A program made the translations under genes and the position numbers. A stretch of 45,838 nucleotides of DNA from an uncultured Bacteroidales bacterium (lineage in GTDB: Bacteria; Bacteroidota; Bacteroidia; Bacteroidales; WCHB1-69), in contig CAJOQK010000126.1 of assembly GCA_905236885.1 (NCBI GenBank), positions 1 to 45,838 of the forward strand. The letters are read 5' to 3'. Below the pieces are notes generated by a model. It ran no database searches. It saw nothing but the letters and a program-made list of their open reading frames with translations, and was not told the origin of the DNA. Of the stretch, positions 18,981-28,954 are shown one piece after another. Every line of letters starts with the position of its first letter. The stretch's first letter is position 1.

Positions 18981-19456
18981 TGAAGACAAGGGTCGGATTT
19001 GGCTTTGACACCCATCGCTTGGGCGAAGGCAGACCCTTGATTCTAGGAGGTATACATATTGCATCAGCATCGGGATGTATCGGTCATTCCGATGCTGATG
19101 TTTTAATTCATGCCATTTGTGACGCGTTGTTTGGGGCGGCCAACATGCGTGACATCGGCTACCATTTTCCGGACACGGATTCTCAATACAGGGGCGTCGA
19201 CAGCACGCTTTTGCTGAAAGAGACCTGCCGCTTGTTGTCTGAGGAGGGATGGAGCATTGGCAATATTGATACAACCTTGGTTATTCAGGCTCCCAAAATC
19301 AACCCCCATATTCCGGACATGCAGAAAAAATTGTCCGAGGTGATGTCGATTCCTGTGGAAGATATAAGCATCAAGGCCAAAACTTCTGAAAAGTTAGGTT
19401 TCATCGGACGTGGTGAAGGGGTTTCCGCATACGCGGTGGCATTGATTCAAAAGTGA
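18980..19456 (+). CDS. ispF: 2-C-methyl-D-erythritol 2,4-cyclodiphosphate synthase
   Basis: GFGFDTHRL, GHSDADVLIHAICDALFGA, DIGYHFPDTD. The start overlaps the porV stop by 1 nt (TAATG). Confidence 0.95.
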   Translation: MKTRVGFGFDTHRLGEGRPLILGGIHIASASGCIGHSDADVLIHAICDALFGAANMRDIGYHFPDTDSQYRGVDSTLLLKETCRLLSEEGWSIGNIDTTLVIQAPKINPHIPDMQKKLSEVMSIPVEDISIKAKTSEKLGFIGRGEGVSAYAVALIQK

Positions 19457-19523
19457 CCCCCAATCCCCTTTCGTTTTTGCGGAAACGATTGTCAAAATCT
19501 TCCAAAATAGCGGCTCCTGTTAT

Positions 19524-19564
19524 CCCACCCTTTCCCCAAATGGAGGAAAGTAGGGCGGTTTTTT
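19524..19564 (+). terminator. Probable rho-independent terminator after ispF
   Basis: Interrupted stem, with core CTTTCC (19530-35) / GGAAAG (19545-50) plus outer CC/GG pairs, followed by TTTTTT (19559-64). Confidence 0.5.
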
Positions 19565-19644
19565 AATTTAAATATTTGAAAAATAACTTTTTGCAAATTA
19601 CAATTTTTTTTAAGGAAATTGACCTTGTCAATTTGGATTTTATG

Positions 19645-19652
19645 TACTTTTG
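19645..19652 (+). promoter_or_regulatory. -7 promoter box (TACTTTTG) for tRNA-Gln
   Basis: Exact TAnnTTTG ending 17 nt before the mature tRNA 5' end. Confidence 0.5.
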
Positions 19653-19668
19653 CATTTGCAAATGAGTT

Positions 19669-19739
19669 TGCCCAATGGTGTAATGGTAGCACTACGGTTT
19701 TTGGTGCCGTCTGCGTAGGTTCGAATCCTGCTTGGGCAA
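19669..19739 (+). tRNA. tRNA-Gln (anticodon UUG)
   Basis: Hand fold. Acceptor TGCCCAA/TTGGGCA (U1-A72 pair). Anticodon stem ACGGT/GCCGT with loop TTTTGGT (anticodon TTG). T-arm GTAGG-TTCGAAT-CCTGC and discriminator A. 71 nt, no encoded CCA. Confidence 0.9.
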
Positions 19740-19764
19740 CAAAGAAAATCTGAGAAGATACATT

Positions 19765-19799
19765 AAGAGGAGAAATGAAACCATTTGCTCCTCTTTTTA
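19765..19799 (+). terminator. Hairpin plus T-tract between tRNA-Gln and rimP (terminator or attenuator)
   Basis: Stem AAGAGGAG (19765-72) / CTCCTCTT (19788-95) with a 15-nt loop, then TTTAT. It lies only about 20 nt upstream of the rimP ATG, so read-through is plausible. Confidence 0.4.
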
Positions 19800-19819
19800 T
19801 TATCATAATTTGATATACG

Positions 19820-20266
19820 ATGCATATTACGAAGGAAACAGTAGGCAGGTTAGTGGAAGAGGCTCTCAAAGAACGGGAGGATTTGTTTGTGACAGATGTC
19901 AAAGTCAAACCAGACAACACCATTTATGTTTTTTTGGACGGTGACCAGGGAGTGAAGGTGGAGGACTGCATTGTGGTGAGCAAGTATGTGGAGAACCGCT
20001 TGGACAGGGAGCGTTGTGACTTTGAACTTAATGTTTCCTCGTTTGGTATCGGTCGTCCGTTGCAGTGTTTCCGGCAATATCGGAATGCCGTTGGAAAGCA
20101 GTTGTCGCTGAAATTTGAGGACGGAAGCAAGATCAAAGGCAAACTGTTGTCCTGTACGGAGCAGCAGTTGCAGCTGGAAATTCCGGGAACAAAAAAGCAG
20201 CCGCCTGTGAATCGGGAAATTTCCATGCGTGAAATTAAAGAGGCAAAAGTGGAAGTGAGTTTTTAG
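19820..20266 (+). CDS. rimP: Ribosome maturation factor RimP
   Basis: 148 aa, immediately upstream of nusA-infB (the conserved operon position). The N-terminal alpha/beta region followed by an Sm-like C-terminal region is consistent with RimP. Confidence 0.8.
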   Translation: MHITKETVGRLVEEALKEREDLFVTDVKVKPDNTIYVFLDGDQGVKVEDCIVVSKYVENRLDRERCDFELNVSSFGIGRPLQCFRQYRNAVGKQLSLKFEDGSKIKGKLLSCTEQQLQLEIPGTKKQPPVNREISMREIKEAKVEVSF

Positions 20267-20323
20267 TTCATATATCAAAAAGTATAAAAGAGACATCATT
20301 ACGTTTAGAAAACATCAACAGAT

Positions 20324-21565
20324 ATGAAAGAGGATATTAATTTGATTGAAACCTTTTCTGAATTCAAAAAATTCAAAAACATTGAAAGAGAGACATTGAT
20401 GCGCATTTTGGAAGATATTTTCAAGCATATGCTGCTTCGGAAGTATGGTGCCAATGCCAATGTCAGTGTGATTGTCAATGTGGACAAGGGGGATGTGGAG
20501 TTCCAGCGTTGGCTGGAGATTGTTGAGGACGGTGAACTGGAGGATCCTAACACCCAGATTGAGCTTTCAAAGGCGGTAAAGATAGAACCCGACTTTGAGG
20601 TGGGTGAGGAGGTTTGTGAAAAAATCCGTCTTGAGGATTTCGGTCGCCGCGACATTCTTTCCTTGCGCCAGAATTTGGCAGGAAAAATCATGGAGTATGA
20701 AAAAGAGGTGATATACCAGAAATACAACAAACGCATCGGCGAAATTGTGACGGCGACGGTACATCAGGCCTGGAAGAAGGAAATCCTGTTAGTGGATGAG
20801 GAGGGCGTGGAGCTTGTACTCCCAAAATCGGAGCAGATACCCAGAGATTTCTACAAGAAAGGGGATACGGTGCGTGCAGTTGTGCTGAAAGTGGAATTGG
20901 GCGCAAACAACACCATCATTACCGTTTCCCGCACTTCTCCCATGTTCCTGGAACGGTTAATGGAAGAGGAAATTCCGGAGATTTACGACGGCTTGATTAC
21001 CATCAAGAACATTGTGCGTGTCCCTGGTGAGCGGGCGAAAATTGCGGTGGAGACCTATGATGACCGCATCGATCCGGTTGGTTCCTGTATAGGAATGAAA
21101 GGATCCCGCATCCATGGAATTGTCAGGGAGCTGCGTAATGAGAATCTTGATGTGCTGACCTATACCTCCAATCCGGTGCTCTACATCCAGCGTGCATTGA
21201 ATCCGGCCAAAATATCCAGTATTGAGATTGATGAGCAGAAGAAGACTGCAGTGGTGATTCTGAAAGCGGACCAGGTCTCTTATGCGATTGGAAAGGGAGG
21301 TTGCAACATCAAGCTGGCCAACAAGCTGACCGGTTATGACATTGAAATCATCCGCGAGGGCACGGAGGACGACGAGGATGTCGAATTGAACGAGTTCAAG
21401 GATGAAATTGATGAATGGATTTTGGACGAATTGAAGAAAATCGGTTGCGATACTGCCAAAAATGTGCTGGAAATGAGTCGGGAAGTTCTGATTCACCGCA
21501 CCGATTTGGAAGAGGAGACCATTGACGAGGTGCTCAGAATTTTGAGGGCTGAATTTGAGAAATAA
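20324..21565 (+). CDS. nusA: Transcription termination/antitermination factor NusA
   Basis: 413 aa with an N-terminal NusA domain, an S1-like region (GEIVTATVHQAWKKEILLVD), KH domains (PVGSCIGMKGSRIHGIVREL; AIGKGGCNIKLANKLTG) and an acidic C-terminus. Confidence 0.95.
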   Translation: MKEDINLIETFSEFKKFKNIERETLMRILEDIFKHMLLRKYGANANVSVIVNVDKGDVEFQRWLEIVEDGELEDPNTQIELSKAVKIEPDFEVGEEVCEKIRLEDFGRRDILSLRQNLAGKIMEYEKEVIYQKYNKRIGEIVTATVHQAWKKEILLVDEEGVELVLPKSEQIPRDFYKKGDTVRAVVLKVELGANNTIITVSRTSPMFLERLMEEEIPEIYDGLITIKNIVRVPGERAKIAVETYDDRIDPVGSCIGMKGSRIHGIVRELRNENLDVLTYTSNPVLYIQRALNPAKISSIEIDEQKKTAVVILKADQVSYAIGKGGCNIKLANKLTGYDIEIIREGTEDDEDVELNEFKDEIDEWILDELKKIGCDTAKNVLEMSREVLIHRTDLEEETIDEVLRILRAEFEK

Positions 21566-21608
21566 GTGTTTTTTTTGCGTTAGTCAAGTATGAATCAAAA
21601 GAAGAAAT

Positions 21609-24600
21609 ATGCCAGATAAAGTAAAAATACCCAGATTAGGAAAAGCCGCTATTGAGTTTAATGTTTCCACCTCAACCATTGTAGACTTTCTGTTTAAAAA
21701 GGGATTTGAGATAGAGGATAATGGAAATACCAAGCTGACGCAGGAAATGTATTCGCTCATTGTGGCGGAGTATCAGAAGGAAAAGGATATCAAGGAGCGT
21801 TCCTCCGAAATAGAGATTGGTTTCCGGAAAGGTACCGGTGCGGAGCAGGAGACCGTGCCGGAAGAGCCTTTGAAGAAAAAAATTGTGGAAAGGCCGGATC
21901 CTGTCTTTATGCCGGGCGAGGTGTTCATCAAGGATGTGCAGCTTCATCCGGAACAGGCGGAACATTTGGATTTGAAGGTGCCCAAAGTGACAAAGCCGAA
22001 GGTGGTGGATAAAATTGATTTGGAAAGCTTGGAAAAACCCAAGCGCAAGGCATCCTCTTCAAAAAAAGCAAAAGAGGAGAAGGCGGATGTCAAGGAGGAA
22101 ACACCAAAGAAATCCACGGCCAAGTCCAAATCCAAGAAAAGTGATATTGTTGAGAAACAGATTGTTCCAAATGAGGTTATTCCTTCTGAGGTAGTACCAC
22201 CGACGGCAGAACAGCCGGAACCTGTACAACCGGAACCAATCCATGTGGAAGAACCAATATCCGAGCCTGTTCCTGAGAAAACGGAAAAAACGGAAAAAAC
22301 GGAGGCACCGGTAGAGGAAATCACAGTTCCGGAAACAGCGGAAAAAACCCTGGAGGAGGAACAGGTGGAAACGAAAAAAGCGGAGACAGACGATACTGTT
22401 GCTGCTGAGGAGAAACCGGCCATTTTCAAGCCTAAAGTCTCCCTCAAAGGTGTGACCACATTGGGACATATTAATTTGGACGAAATCAACCAGAGCACCA
22501 AGCCCAAAAAGAAGAGTGCTGCGGAGCGCCAGAAGGAGAAGGAGCAGAAGAAGCAGGAAAAACTGGAGCAGCGCAAGCAACAGAAAAAGAACAAGATTGC
22601 ACAGCCTGACTCCTCAGTTGTGGACAGCAAATTTGTGAAAACTGAAGCCCCGAAGCTGAGCGGCACCAAAGTGATTGCCACCATTGACCTTCCTGACACT
22701 GGTGAGGATGGTGAAGGCGGCGGCAAGAAAAAGCGCAAGCGCATCAAGACATATACGGAGAAAACATCCGCCTCAACCTTTGAAAAGGAAAAAACAGGCA
22801 AGCCTAAGGGCAAGGAGAAGAAATCCGGAAAGTATAAGGTGGATTTCACTGAGGAGGACATCACCAAGCAAATCCGTAAAACCTATTCCGGCATGGCTCC
22901 GGTGAAGAAAACTCAGGCTTCCAAGCACCGCAAGGAAAAACGTGAGCACTTCCAGCAGGAGATGATGGAGGAGATAGAACGCAGCGAACAGGAAAAGAGT
23001 GTGTTGAAAGTGACGGAATTCATCACTGCCAACGAATTGGCAATCATGATGAACCGTCCGGTCACCGACATCATTTCAGCCTGTATGAGCTTAGGTTTGG
23101 CGGTGGCTATCAACCAGCGGCTATCAGCCGACACTATCCAGCTGTTAGCAGAGAATTACGGTTACACCGTTCAGTTTGTCGGATTGGAGGATGAAGAGGA
23201 GAAAGTGGAGGAAAATCCGGAGGATTTGCAGCCCCGTGCACCGATTATCACGGTCATGGGACATGTGGACCACGGAAAAACCTCGTTATTGGACTATATC
23301 AGGAATACCAACGTGATTCAGGGCGAGGCCGGTGGCATTACCCAACATATTGGTGCCTATGAGGTAAAGGTGGGTGACCGCTCCATCACTTTCTTGGATA
23401 CACCAGGTCATGAGGCTTTTACTGCCATGCGTGCCCGTGGTGCAAGTATCACCGATATCGTAATCATTGTGATTGCCGCCGATGACCAGATCATGCCGCA
23501 GACAGTGGAGGCCATCAACCATGCGCAGGCAGCCGGTGTCCCGATGATCTTTGCCATCAACAAAATTGACAAACCGGGGGCTGATCCTGAAAAAATCAGG
23601 GGTGCATTGGCCAACATGAACATTCTGGTGGAAGAGTGGGGCGGCAAGGTACAGAGTCAGGACATTTCCGCCAAAAAGGGAACCAACGTCGACCTGTTGT
23701 TGGAAAAGGTTTTAATTGAAGCGGAAATGCTTGATTTGAAAGCTAATCCTAATGCCGAACCCACTGGTACAGTCATCGAATCCTCTTTGGACAAAGGTCG
23801 CGGCTATGTGGCCAAAATCCTGGTGCAGAACGGAACACTGCGTACAGGTGACATCATTGCTGCCGGAACCAGTTATGGCAAAATTCGCGCCATGTACAAC
23901 GAAAAGAACCATGTGGTGAAAGAGGCTGGACCTTCAGTCCCCGTGCTGTTGCTGGGTCTGAACAGTGCACCACAGGCCGGTGACACTTTCAAAACTTACA
24001 AAACAGATAAGGAGGCGCGTGCCATTGTGAACAAACGTTCCCAACTGTTGCGTGAGCAGGGTTTAAGGACTCAAAAACACATTACATTGGATGAATTGGG
24101 CCGCCGTATTGCTGTAGGTGATTTCAAGGAATTGAATGTGATTGTCAAGGGCGATGTGGACGGTTCCATTGAAGCTTTGTCGGATGAGGTGCTGAAACTC
24201 TCCACTGCCGATGTTCAGGTGAATGTTATTCACAAGTCGGTGGGTCAAGTGACTGAATCTGACGTACTGTTGGCTTCGGCCTCTAACGCCATTATTATTG
24301 CATTCCAGGTGCGTCCTTCCGCTGGTGCTAAGAAACTTGCGGAGCAGGAGCAGGTTGATATCCGCGTCTATTCTGTTATCTATTCTGCCATTGATGACCT
24401 GAAGGCTGCAATTGCCGGTATGAAGGCACCGGAGCTGAAGGAGACTGTTGTGGCCAATTTGGAGGTGCGCGAAACTTTCCACATTTCCAAGGTGGGTATT
24501 ATTGCTGGCTGCTATGTTATGGACGGTAAGGTGCAACGTTCCTCCAAGGTGCGTGTCATTCGTGACGGTATCGTGATTCACGATAATGGCCGTCTGGGCT

Positions 24601-24737
24601 CCCTGAAACGTTTCAAGGATGATGCCAAGGAGGTCACTGCAGGTTTGGAATGCGGTTTGAACATTGAGAGTTTCAACGACGTCAAAGTTGGTGATGTCAT
24701 TGAGGCGTACGAGCAGGTGGAGGTGCCGGCCAAGTAA
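21609..24737 (+). CDS. infB: Translation initiation factor IF-2
   Basis: G-domain motifs [26 protein letters not shown]. Long K/E/P-rich low-complexity N-terminal region, including [10 protein letters not shown]. Confidence 0.97.
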   Translation: MPDKVKIPRLGKAAIEFNVSTSTIVDFLFKKGFEIEDNGNTKLTQEMYSLIVAEYQKEKDIKERSSEIEIGFRKGTGAEQETVPEEPLKKKIVERPDPVFMPGEVFIKDVQLHPEQAEHLDLKVPKVTKPKVVDKIDLESLEKPKRKASSSKKAKEEKADVKEETPKKSTAKSKSKKSDIVEKQIVPNEVIPSEVVPPTAEQPEPVQPEPIHVEEPISEPVPEKTEKTEKTEAPVEEITVPETAEKTLEEEQVETKKAETDDTVAAEEKPAIFKPKVSLKGVTTLGHINLDEINQSTKPKKKSAAERQKEKEQKKQEKLEQRKQQKKNKIAQPDSSVVDSKFVKTEAPKLSGTKVIATIDLPDTGEDGEGGGKKKRKRIKTYTEKTSASTFEKEKTGKPKGKEKKSGKYKVDFTEEDITKQIRKTYSGMAPVKKTQASKHRKEKREHFQQEMMEEIERSEQEKSVLKVTEFITANELAIMMNRPVTDIISACMSLGLAVAINQRLSADTIQLLAENYGYTVQFVGLEDEEEKVEENPEDLQPRAPIITVMGHVDHGKTSLLDYIRNTNVIQGEAGGITQHIGAYEVKVGDRSITFLDTPGHEAFTAMRARGASITDIVIIVIAADDQIMPQTVEAINHAQAAGVPMIFAINKIDKPGADPEKIRGALANMNILVEEWGGKVQSQDISAKKGTNVDLLLEKVLIEAEMLDLKANPNAEPTGTVIESSLDKGRGYVAKILVQNGTLRTGDIIAAGTSYGKIRAMYNEKNHVVKEAGPSVPVLLLGLNSAPQAGDTFKTYKTDKEARAIVNKRSQLLREQGLRTQKHITLDELGRRIAVGDFKELNVIVKGDVDGSIEALSDEVLKLSTADVQVNVIHKSVGQVTESDVLLASASNAIIIAFQVRPSAGAKKLAEQEQVDIRVYSVIYSAIDDLKAAIAGMKAPELKETVVANLEVRETFHISKVGIIAGCYVMDGKVQRSSKVRVIRDGIVIHDNGRLGSLKRFKDDAKEVTAGLECGLNIESFNDVKVGDVIEAYEQVEVPAK

Positions 24738-24762
24738 TAAATATTTTTCTAAAAATATTACT

Positions 24763-26811
24763 ATGTATACAGAATCAAAATATAAAAGATATACTATCAC
24801 TACAGCGCTCCCTTATGCCAACGGACCGGTACACATCGGTCATCTGGCGGGCGTGTATGTGCCTGCTGACATTTATGTGCGCTATCTGCGTGCGCAGGGC
24901 GAAGAGGTGCTGTTCATTGGTGGCAGCGACGAGCATGGGGTGCCTATCACGCTGAAAGCGCGGAACGAAGGGGTGACCCCGCAGGATATTGTGGACCGTT
25001 ACCATCAGATTATCAAGGAGTCGTTCAAGGAATTGGGCATTTCCTTTGACATCTATTCTCGTACCAGCAGCAAAGGGCATCACGAGACGGCATCAGAATT
25101 TTTTAAAAAATTATACAATGAGGGGAAGTTCATTGAGAAAAATTCTATGCAGTATTACGATGAGGAGGCCGGACAGTTTCTGGCGGACCGCTATATCACC
25201 GGCACCTGCCCCCATTGTGGCAATGAGCGTGCCTATGGTGACCAGTGCGAAGCCTGCGGAACCAGTTTGAATGCTACCGATCTGATCAACCCCAAATCCA
25301 CTTTGAGCGGTTCCCAGCCCGTATTGAGGGAGACCAAACACTGGTTTTTGCCGCTGGACCAATATGAAACATGGCTTCGCGACTGGATTCTGGAAAACCA
25401 TAAGGAGGATTGGAAAGCCAATGTGTACGGGCAGTGCAAGTCTTGGATTGAGGCGGGATTGCAGCCGCGTGCGGTGACCCGCGACCTGAACTGGGGTGTG
25501 CCCGTCCCATTGGATGAGGCTGCCGGAAAGGTTCTGTATGTCTGGTTTGATGCGCCTATCGGCTACATCTCCTTCACCAAACAGCTGAAGGGCGATGATT
25601 GGGAAAAATGGTGGAAATCGCCCGACTCCAAACTGGTGCATTTTATAGGCAAGGACAATATTGTGTTCCATTGCATCATCTTTCCCTGCATGCTGAAGGC
25701 CGAAGGTTCCTATATCCTGCCAGCCAATGTGCCTGCCAACGAATTTCTCAATCTGGAGGGTGATAAGATTTCCACTTCCCGGAACTGGGCGGTCTGGCTG
25801 CATGAGTATCTGAAGGATTTTCCCGAAAAACAGGATGTGCTGCGTTACGTGTTGTGCGCCAATGCTCCTGAAACAAAGGACAACGATTTCACATGGAAGG
25901 ATTTCCAAACAAAAAATAACAGCGAGCTGGTCGCCATTTTGGGCAATTTTGTGAACCGCACGCTGGTGCTGACCCACAAGTACAACGGAGGCAAAGTGCC
26001 TGCCGCCACGCAGATGGGTGAGCTGGAACTCCAGACGTTGGAGGAGATGAAAGGTTTTCCGGAGCGTATCGGGCGTTCCCTGGAAAATTACCGTTTCCGC
26101 GAAGCCTTGGCTGAAATGATGAATTTAGCCCGTCTGGGCAACAAGTATCTGACTGAGGCCGAGCCTTGGAAAACCATTCAGACGCGGCCTGAATATGCTT
26201 TGACCTCTTTGCATGTCTCGTTGCAGATTGTGGCAAATCTGGCGGTGTTGTGCCGTCCGTTTTTGCCTTTTACTGCCGATAAATTGTCGCGTATGCTGCA
26301 TCTGCAGACCGAAAAATGGTCGGATGCGGGCGCTCCTTTATTGGCTGAAGGATCCGTTTTGGAACAGCCCGAACTTCTGTTTGACAAAATAGAGGACGCG
26401 GCCATTGAGGCACAGGTGAACCGTTTGCTGGAAACCAAGCGGCAGAATGAGCTCAATGCCTGGAAGCCGGCTCCTTACAAGGAAAAGGTCAATTTTGAGG
26501 ATTTTCAGAAAGTGGACATACGTGTAGGAAAAGTGCTGGAATGCAAGAAAGTTCCCAAAGCGGACAAACTGTTGGAATTCCTGATAGATGACGGGGAACG
26601 CAAGAGAACCATTGTTTCTGGTATTGCCCAATCTTATCCTGAACCTGAAAAGCTGGTGGGCAGGCAGGTCTGTTTCATCGCCAATTTTGAGCCGAGAAAG
26701 CTTCGGGGAGTGCTGAGCGAGGGCATGATTCTCTCCGCCGCTGACAAGGATGGCAAACTGGTGCTGGTGACACCCGGTCGGGAGGTTACCAATGGGGTCA
26801 ATGTAGGATAA
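24763..26811 (+). CDS. metG: Methionine--tRNA ligase with C-terminal tRNA-binding (EMAP/Trbp111-like) domain
   Basis: Start set at the ATG at 24763 ([32 protein letters not shown] motif). The track ORF's upstream extension overlaps the infB end. Zinc knuckle CPHCG...CEACG, KISTSRN (KMSKS-type), C-terminal [21 protein letters not shown]. Confidence 0.95.
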   Translation: MYTESKYKRYTITTALPYANGPVHIGHLAGVYVPADIYVRYLRAQGEEVLFIGGSDEHGVPITLKARNEGVTPQDIVDRYHQIIKESFKELGISFDIYSRTSSKGHHETASEFFKKLYNEGKFIEKNSMQYYDEEAGQFLADRYITGTCPHCGNERAYGDQCEACGTSLNATDLINPKSTLSGSQPVLRETKHWFLPLDQYETWLRDWILENHKEDWKANVYGQCKSWIEAGLQPRAVTRDLNWGVPVPLDEAAGKVLYVWFDAPIGYISFTKQLKGDDWEKWWKSPDSKLVHFIGKDNIVFHCIIFPCMLKAEGSYILPANVPANEFLNLEGDKISTSRNWAVWLHEYLKDFPEKQDVLRYVLCANAPETKDNDFTWKDFQTKNNSELVAILGNFVNRTLVLTHKYNGGKVPAATQMGELELQTLEEMKGFPERIGRSLENYRFREALAEMMNLARLGNKYLTEAEPWKTIQTRPEYALTSLHVSLQIVANLAVLCRPFLPFTADKLSRMLHLQTEKWSDAGAPLLAEGSVLEQPELLFDKIEDAAIEAQVNRLLETKRQNELNAWKPAPYKEKVNFEDFQKVDIRVGKVLECKKVPKADKLLEFLIDDGERKRTIVSGIAQSYPEPEKLVGRQVCFIANFEPRKLRGVLSEGMILSAADKDGKLVLVTPGREVTNGVNVG

Positions 26812-26817
26812 TCCGCC

Positions 26818-27498
26818 ATGCCGCTTTACTGGAGGGAGGAGTTGCCCGGAATCGGCCGCCTCGGGGTCTGGAAAATCACTGAAACGGAGGAAACCCTGTG
26901 TTCCATGCGAAAGCTTTCCAAAGAGGAGAATGCCTGTGTGCAAAGTTTTTCCCATGAAACGGTCCGTTGCCGTAGTCTGGCCTATCGGGTGCTGCTGGAG
27001 CAACTTCTGCAACGCAGTGTGGAAATCGGACATGATGAACTGGGCGCCCCTTATATTGTAGGGGAATCCTCACACATTTCCGCCTCCCATTCGGGAGAGT
27101 ATGCCGCCGTGTTTTATGCGGAGCATTGTGCGGTGGGCATTGACATTGAAAAAATACAGTCCAGGATAGCCTCTTTGCGGCACAAATTCATGACCATGTC
27201 CGAATTGCGTGATGCGGAAAATGTGGAAAAGTATTTCACCGGTTCTGATTTAAACAAATTAAAACCCAATGGGTTGGAGAATGCCGTCTGGACTGTGTAC
27301 TGGGGCGGCAAGGAGAGTGTCTACAAAATGTTTTCTTCGGAAAAACCGCTTTTCACCACCCAGATAGAAATTGCGCCCTTTACGTTGGAAGCGGCTGGGA
27401 GCAGGGCTTTTTTTGTAGGGGAACAATTGAAAAGGGAAGTGACTTTGCGTTTCAAACGCATCAATGGCTACATGCTGGTGTACACCTATGAAGCCTGA
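26818..27498 (+). CDS. 4'-phosphopantetheinyl transferase superfamily protein (Sfp/EntD-like size)
   Basis: Motifs SHSGEYAAV, VGIDIEKI and WGGKESVYK (the W/F-x-x-KES motif). 226 aa. Confidence 0.75.
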   Translation: MPLYWREELPGIGRLGVWKITETEETLCSMRKLSKEENACVQSFSHETVRCRSLAYRVLLEQLLQRSVEIGHDELGAPYIVGESSHISASHSGEYAAVFYAEHCAVGIDIEKIQSRIASLRHKFMTMSELRDAENVEKYFTGSDLNKLKPNGLENAVWTVYWGGKESVYKMFSSEKPLFTTQIEIAPFTLEAAGSRAFFVGEQLKREVTLRFKRINGYMLVYTYEA

Positions 27499-27529
27499 TG
27501 CCGGTCAGATTAATGTATAAGGATAAATC

Positions 27530-28009
27530 ATGGTACAGAAAGACAAGTTGTTGGATGATGAATTGTTTGAGGAGTACAAACAGGTGTTCTACTCCTACTT
27601 GGAAAAAAAGGGGTTGAACAGGACAGCTGAGAGGTTTGCCATACTGAAGGAGGTTTATCTGACCGATGGGCATTTCAATGTGGAACTGCTGGACAAGCAG
27701 CTGATCCGGAAAAAATACCACATCAGCCGCGCCACCTTTTATCACACTTTGGATCTTTTGCAAGATTGCCATCTGGTGCAGAAACATCAGTTTGACAATG
27801 GCGCTGCTGTTTACGAGCGGATTTATGACACCCGTCCCCATGACCATCTGCTGCTTACGGATGGACGTGTGATAGAGTTTTCGGATTCCCGGATTGAAGA
27901 GATTGTGGCCTCCTTGGAGGCTCAATATGGTGTGAGGGTCATTCACCGGTCGGTCACTTTGTATGCCAAGCCTTTGAAGGATAAAGATGATTCGTCCGAC
28001 TCCCGTTAA
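27530..28009 (+). CDS. Fur-family transcriptional repressor (no CxxC zinc site)
   Basis: Winged-helix block RTAERFAILKEVYLTDGHFNVELL...ISRATFYHTLDLLQDCHLV parallels Fur's R..IL..L...H.SAE.. / ATVYRTLDLL. The C-terminal dimerisation-like half has HDH but only one Cys in the whole protein. Confidence 0.7.
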   Translation: MVQKDKLLDDELFEEYKQVFYSYLEKKGLNRTAERFAILKEVYLTDGHFNVELLDKQLIRKKYHISRATFYHTLDLLQDCHLVQKHQFDNGAAVYERIYDTRPHDHLLLTDGRVIEFSDSRIEEIVASLEAQYGVRVIHRSVTLYAKPLKDKDDSSDSR

Positions 28010-28689
28010 GGGCGTTCAAATTCACAGCCCACATTAATGGGGTCATAGTTCCATTTCCAGTTTTGCAGATATTCCAGGGAGTCCGGCCCTTTGTTGCAGA
28101 GCAGGTCCAAAATGCTCAAATGGGGGTGGAAATGCGATTTGTCCGCAAACACTTGGGTGTATGCCGGTTGGTTGTTAAAAGGATACTCTTTCACGGACAG
28201 TTGTTTGGGTTGGATCAGGTTCCGTAAGTCCAGGCAGTCTGCGGGTTGTGCCTCAAAGGTTTCGTTAAGCCGGATTGAAGGACTTGCTTTCAGCAGTTGC
28301 AGGATTATTTCAAGCAGGTCCCAGTTGAAGTCAAACAGAAAATCGTATTTTTTTTCGCAGTAAAAAGGTTCAAGATAATCCCTGTAATAGAGGAAATAGG
28401 GACTGGTGTCATAGCAGGTTGTAAATGTTTTCCAGTGGGTTCGCCGCCAGTTTTCGGCGTAACTGATGCGCATTTCCCTGATGGGGCAGTGGTTGGGCGT
28501 GGTTTTTGAAACGGGAATGCTCAGGATTTCCGGACCGCATACACTCAGGATGCGGCAACGGTTCCGGTAGGTCTGCTTGTGGTAATGCTCGTGCGCTTCA
28601 ATACAGACACTTTCCGCCTGCACCATGGCGGCCATGTATTCCACTGGTGGCAGGTAGGCTGTGCTGAGCAGTATTTCTGTTTTCCCCAT
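28006..28689 (-). CDS. WbqC family protein (function unknown; surface-polysaccharide associated family)
   Basis: N-terminal pattern LLSTAYLPPVEYMAAMVQAESVCIEAHEHYHKQTYRNRCRILSVCGPEILSIPV resembles the WbqC-like family consensus (QP.Y.P...Y......D......D..Q..K.....NRN.I......L..PV). Confidence 0.65.
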   Translation of the reverse strand: MGKTEILLSTAYLPPVEYMAAMVQAESVCIEAHEHYHKQTYRNRCRILSVCGPEILSIPVSKTTPNHCPIREMRISYAENWRRTHWKTFTTCYDTSPYFLYYRDYLEPFYCEKKYDFLFDFNWDLLEIILQLLKASPSIRLNETFEAQPADCLDLRNLIQPKQLSVKEYPFNNQPAYTQVFADKSHFHPHLSILDLLCNKGPDSLEYLQNWKWNYDPINVGCEFERP

Positions 28690-28780
28690 TTCTGTTTTTT
28701 TTGGTATGCAAAATTTTGCGTCCGTACTAACGGATAAGCGTGTCCGTCCTTTTTTCCTTTCGTTTCCGTAGCAGGATTTG

Positions 28781-28788
28781 CAAATGTA
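28781..28788 (-). promoter_or_regulatory. -7 promoter box (TACATTTG) for the WbqC gene
   Basis: Exact TAnnTTTG on the minus strand, 92 nt upstream of the ATG at 28689. Confidence 0.4.
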
Positions 28789-28946
28789 GAAAAAAAATGA
28801 ATATGCCGGACGGAAGGAGCTGAAAAAATGTTGCGCTGGCGGATCTCCTTTTATCCTACAGCCATTTGTGCGTCGCTTCTAAACATCCGGTTTGGATTTT
28901 TTAGAAGTTTCTTTTGGAAAAACGGGATCCGTATCCGGATTTTGTA

Positions 28947-28954
28947 TACATTTG
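28947..28954 (+). promoter_or_regulatory. -7 promoter box (TACATTTG) for the GT22-like gene
   Basis: Exact TAnnTTTG, 33 nt upstream of the ATG at 28987. Confidence 0.45.

Noticed and set aside
18228-19274. 348-aa minus-strand ORF spanning the porV/ispF junction
   Set aside because: It crosses two well-supported plus-strand genes, and its translation is compositionally odd (Q/R/C/P-rich) with no motif.
19492-19923. 143-aa minus-strand ORF
   Set aside because: It overlaps tRNA-Gln, its promoter and the rimP start. It is an artefact of an AT-rich intergenic region.
21944-22867. 307-aa minus-strand ORF (and the 173-aa ORF at 22059-22580) opposite the infB N-terminal region
   Set aside because: This is the complement of the K/E/P-rich low-complexity IF-2 linker and yields S/F/L-rich nonsense. 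It is a shadow ORF.
24740-24759. 9-bp inverted repeat AATATTTTT-ct-AAAAATATT between infB and metG
   Set aside because: It is made only of A/T, and an inverted repeat of this length is expected by chance several times per window. Its stability as a hairpin is negligible.
24063-25977. 245-aa and 288-aa minus-strand ORFs antisense to the infB 3' end and metG
   Set aside because: Shadow ORFs opposite genes with unambiguous motifs.
28708-28719. 12-bp perfect palindrome GCAAAATTTTGC, 18 nt upstream of the WbqC start
   Set aside because: About ten 6+6 palindromes are expected by chance in a window this size, and more in AT-rich spacers. There is no second copy.
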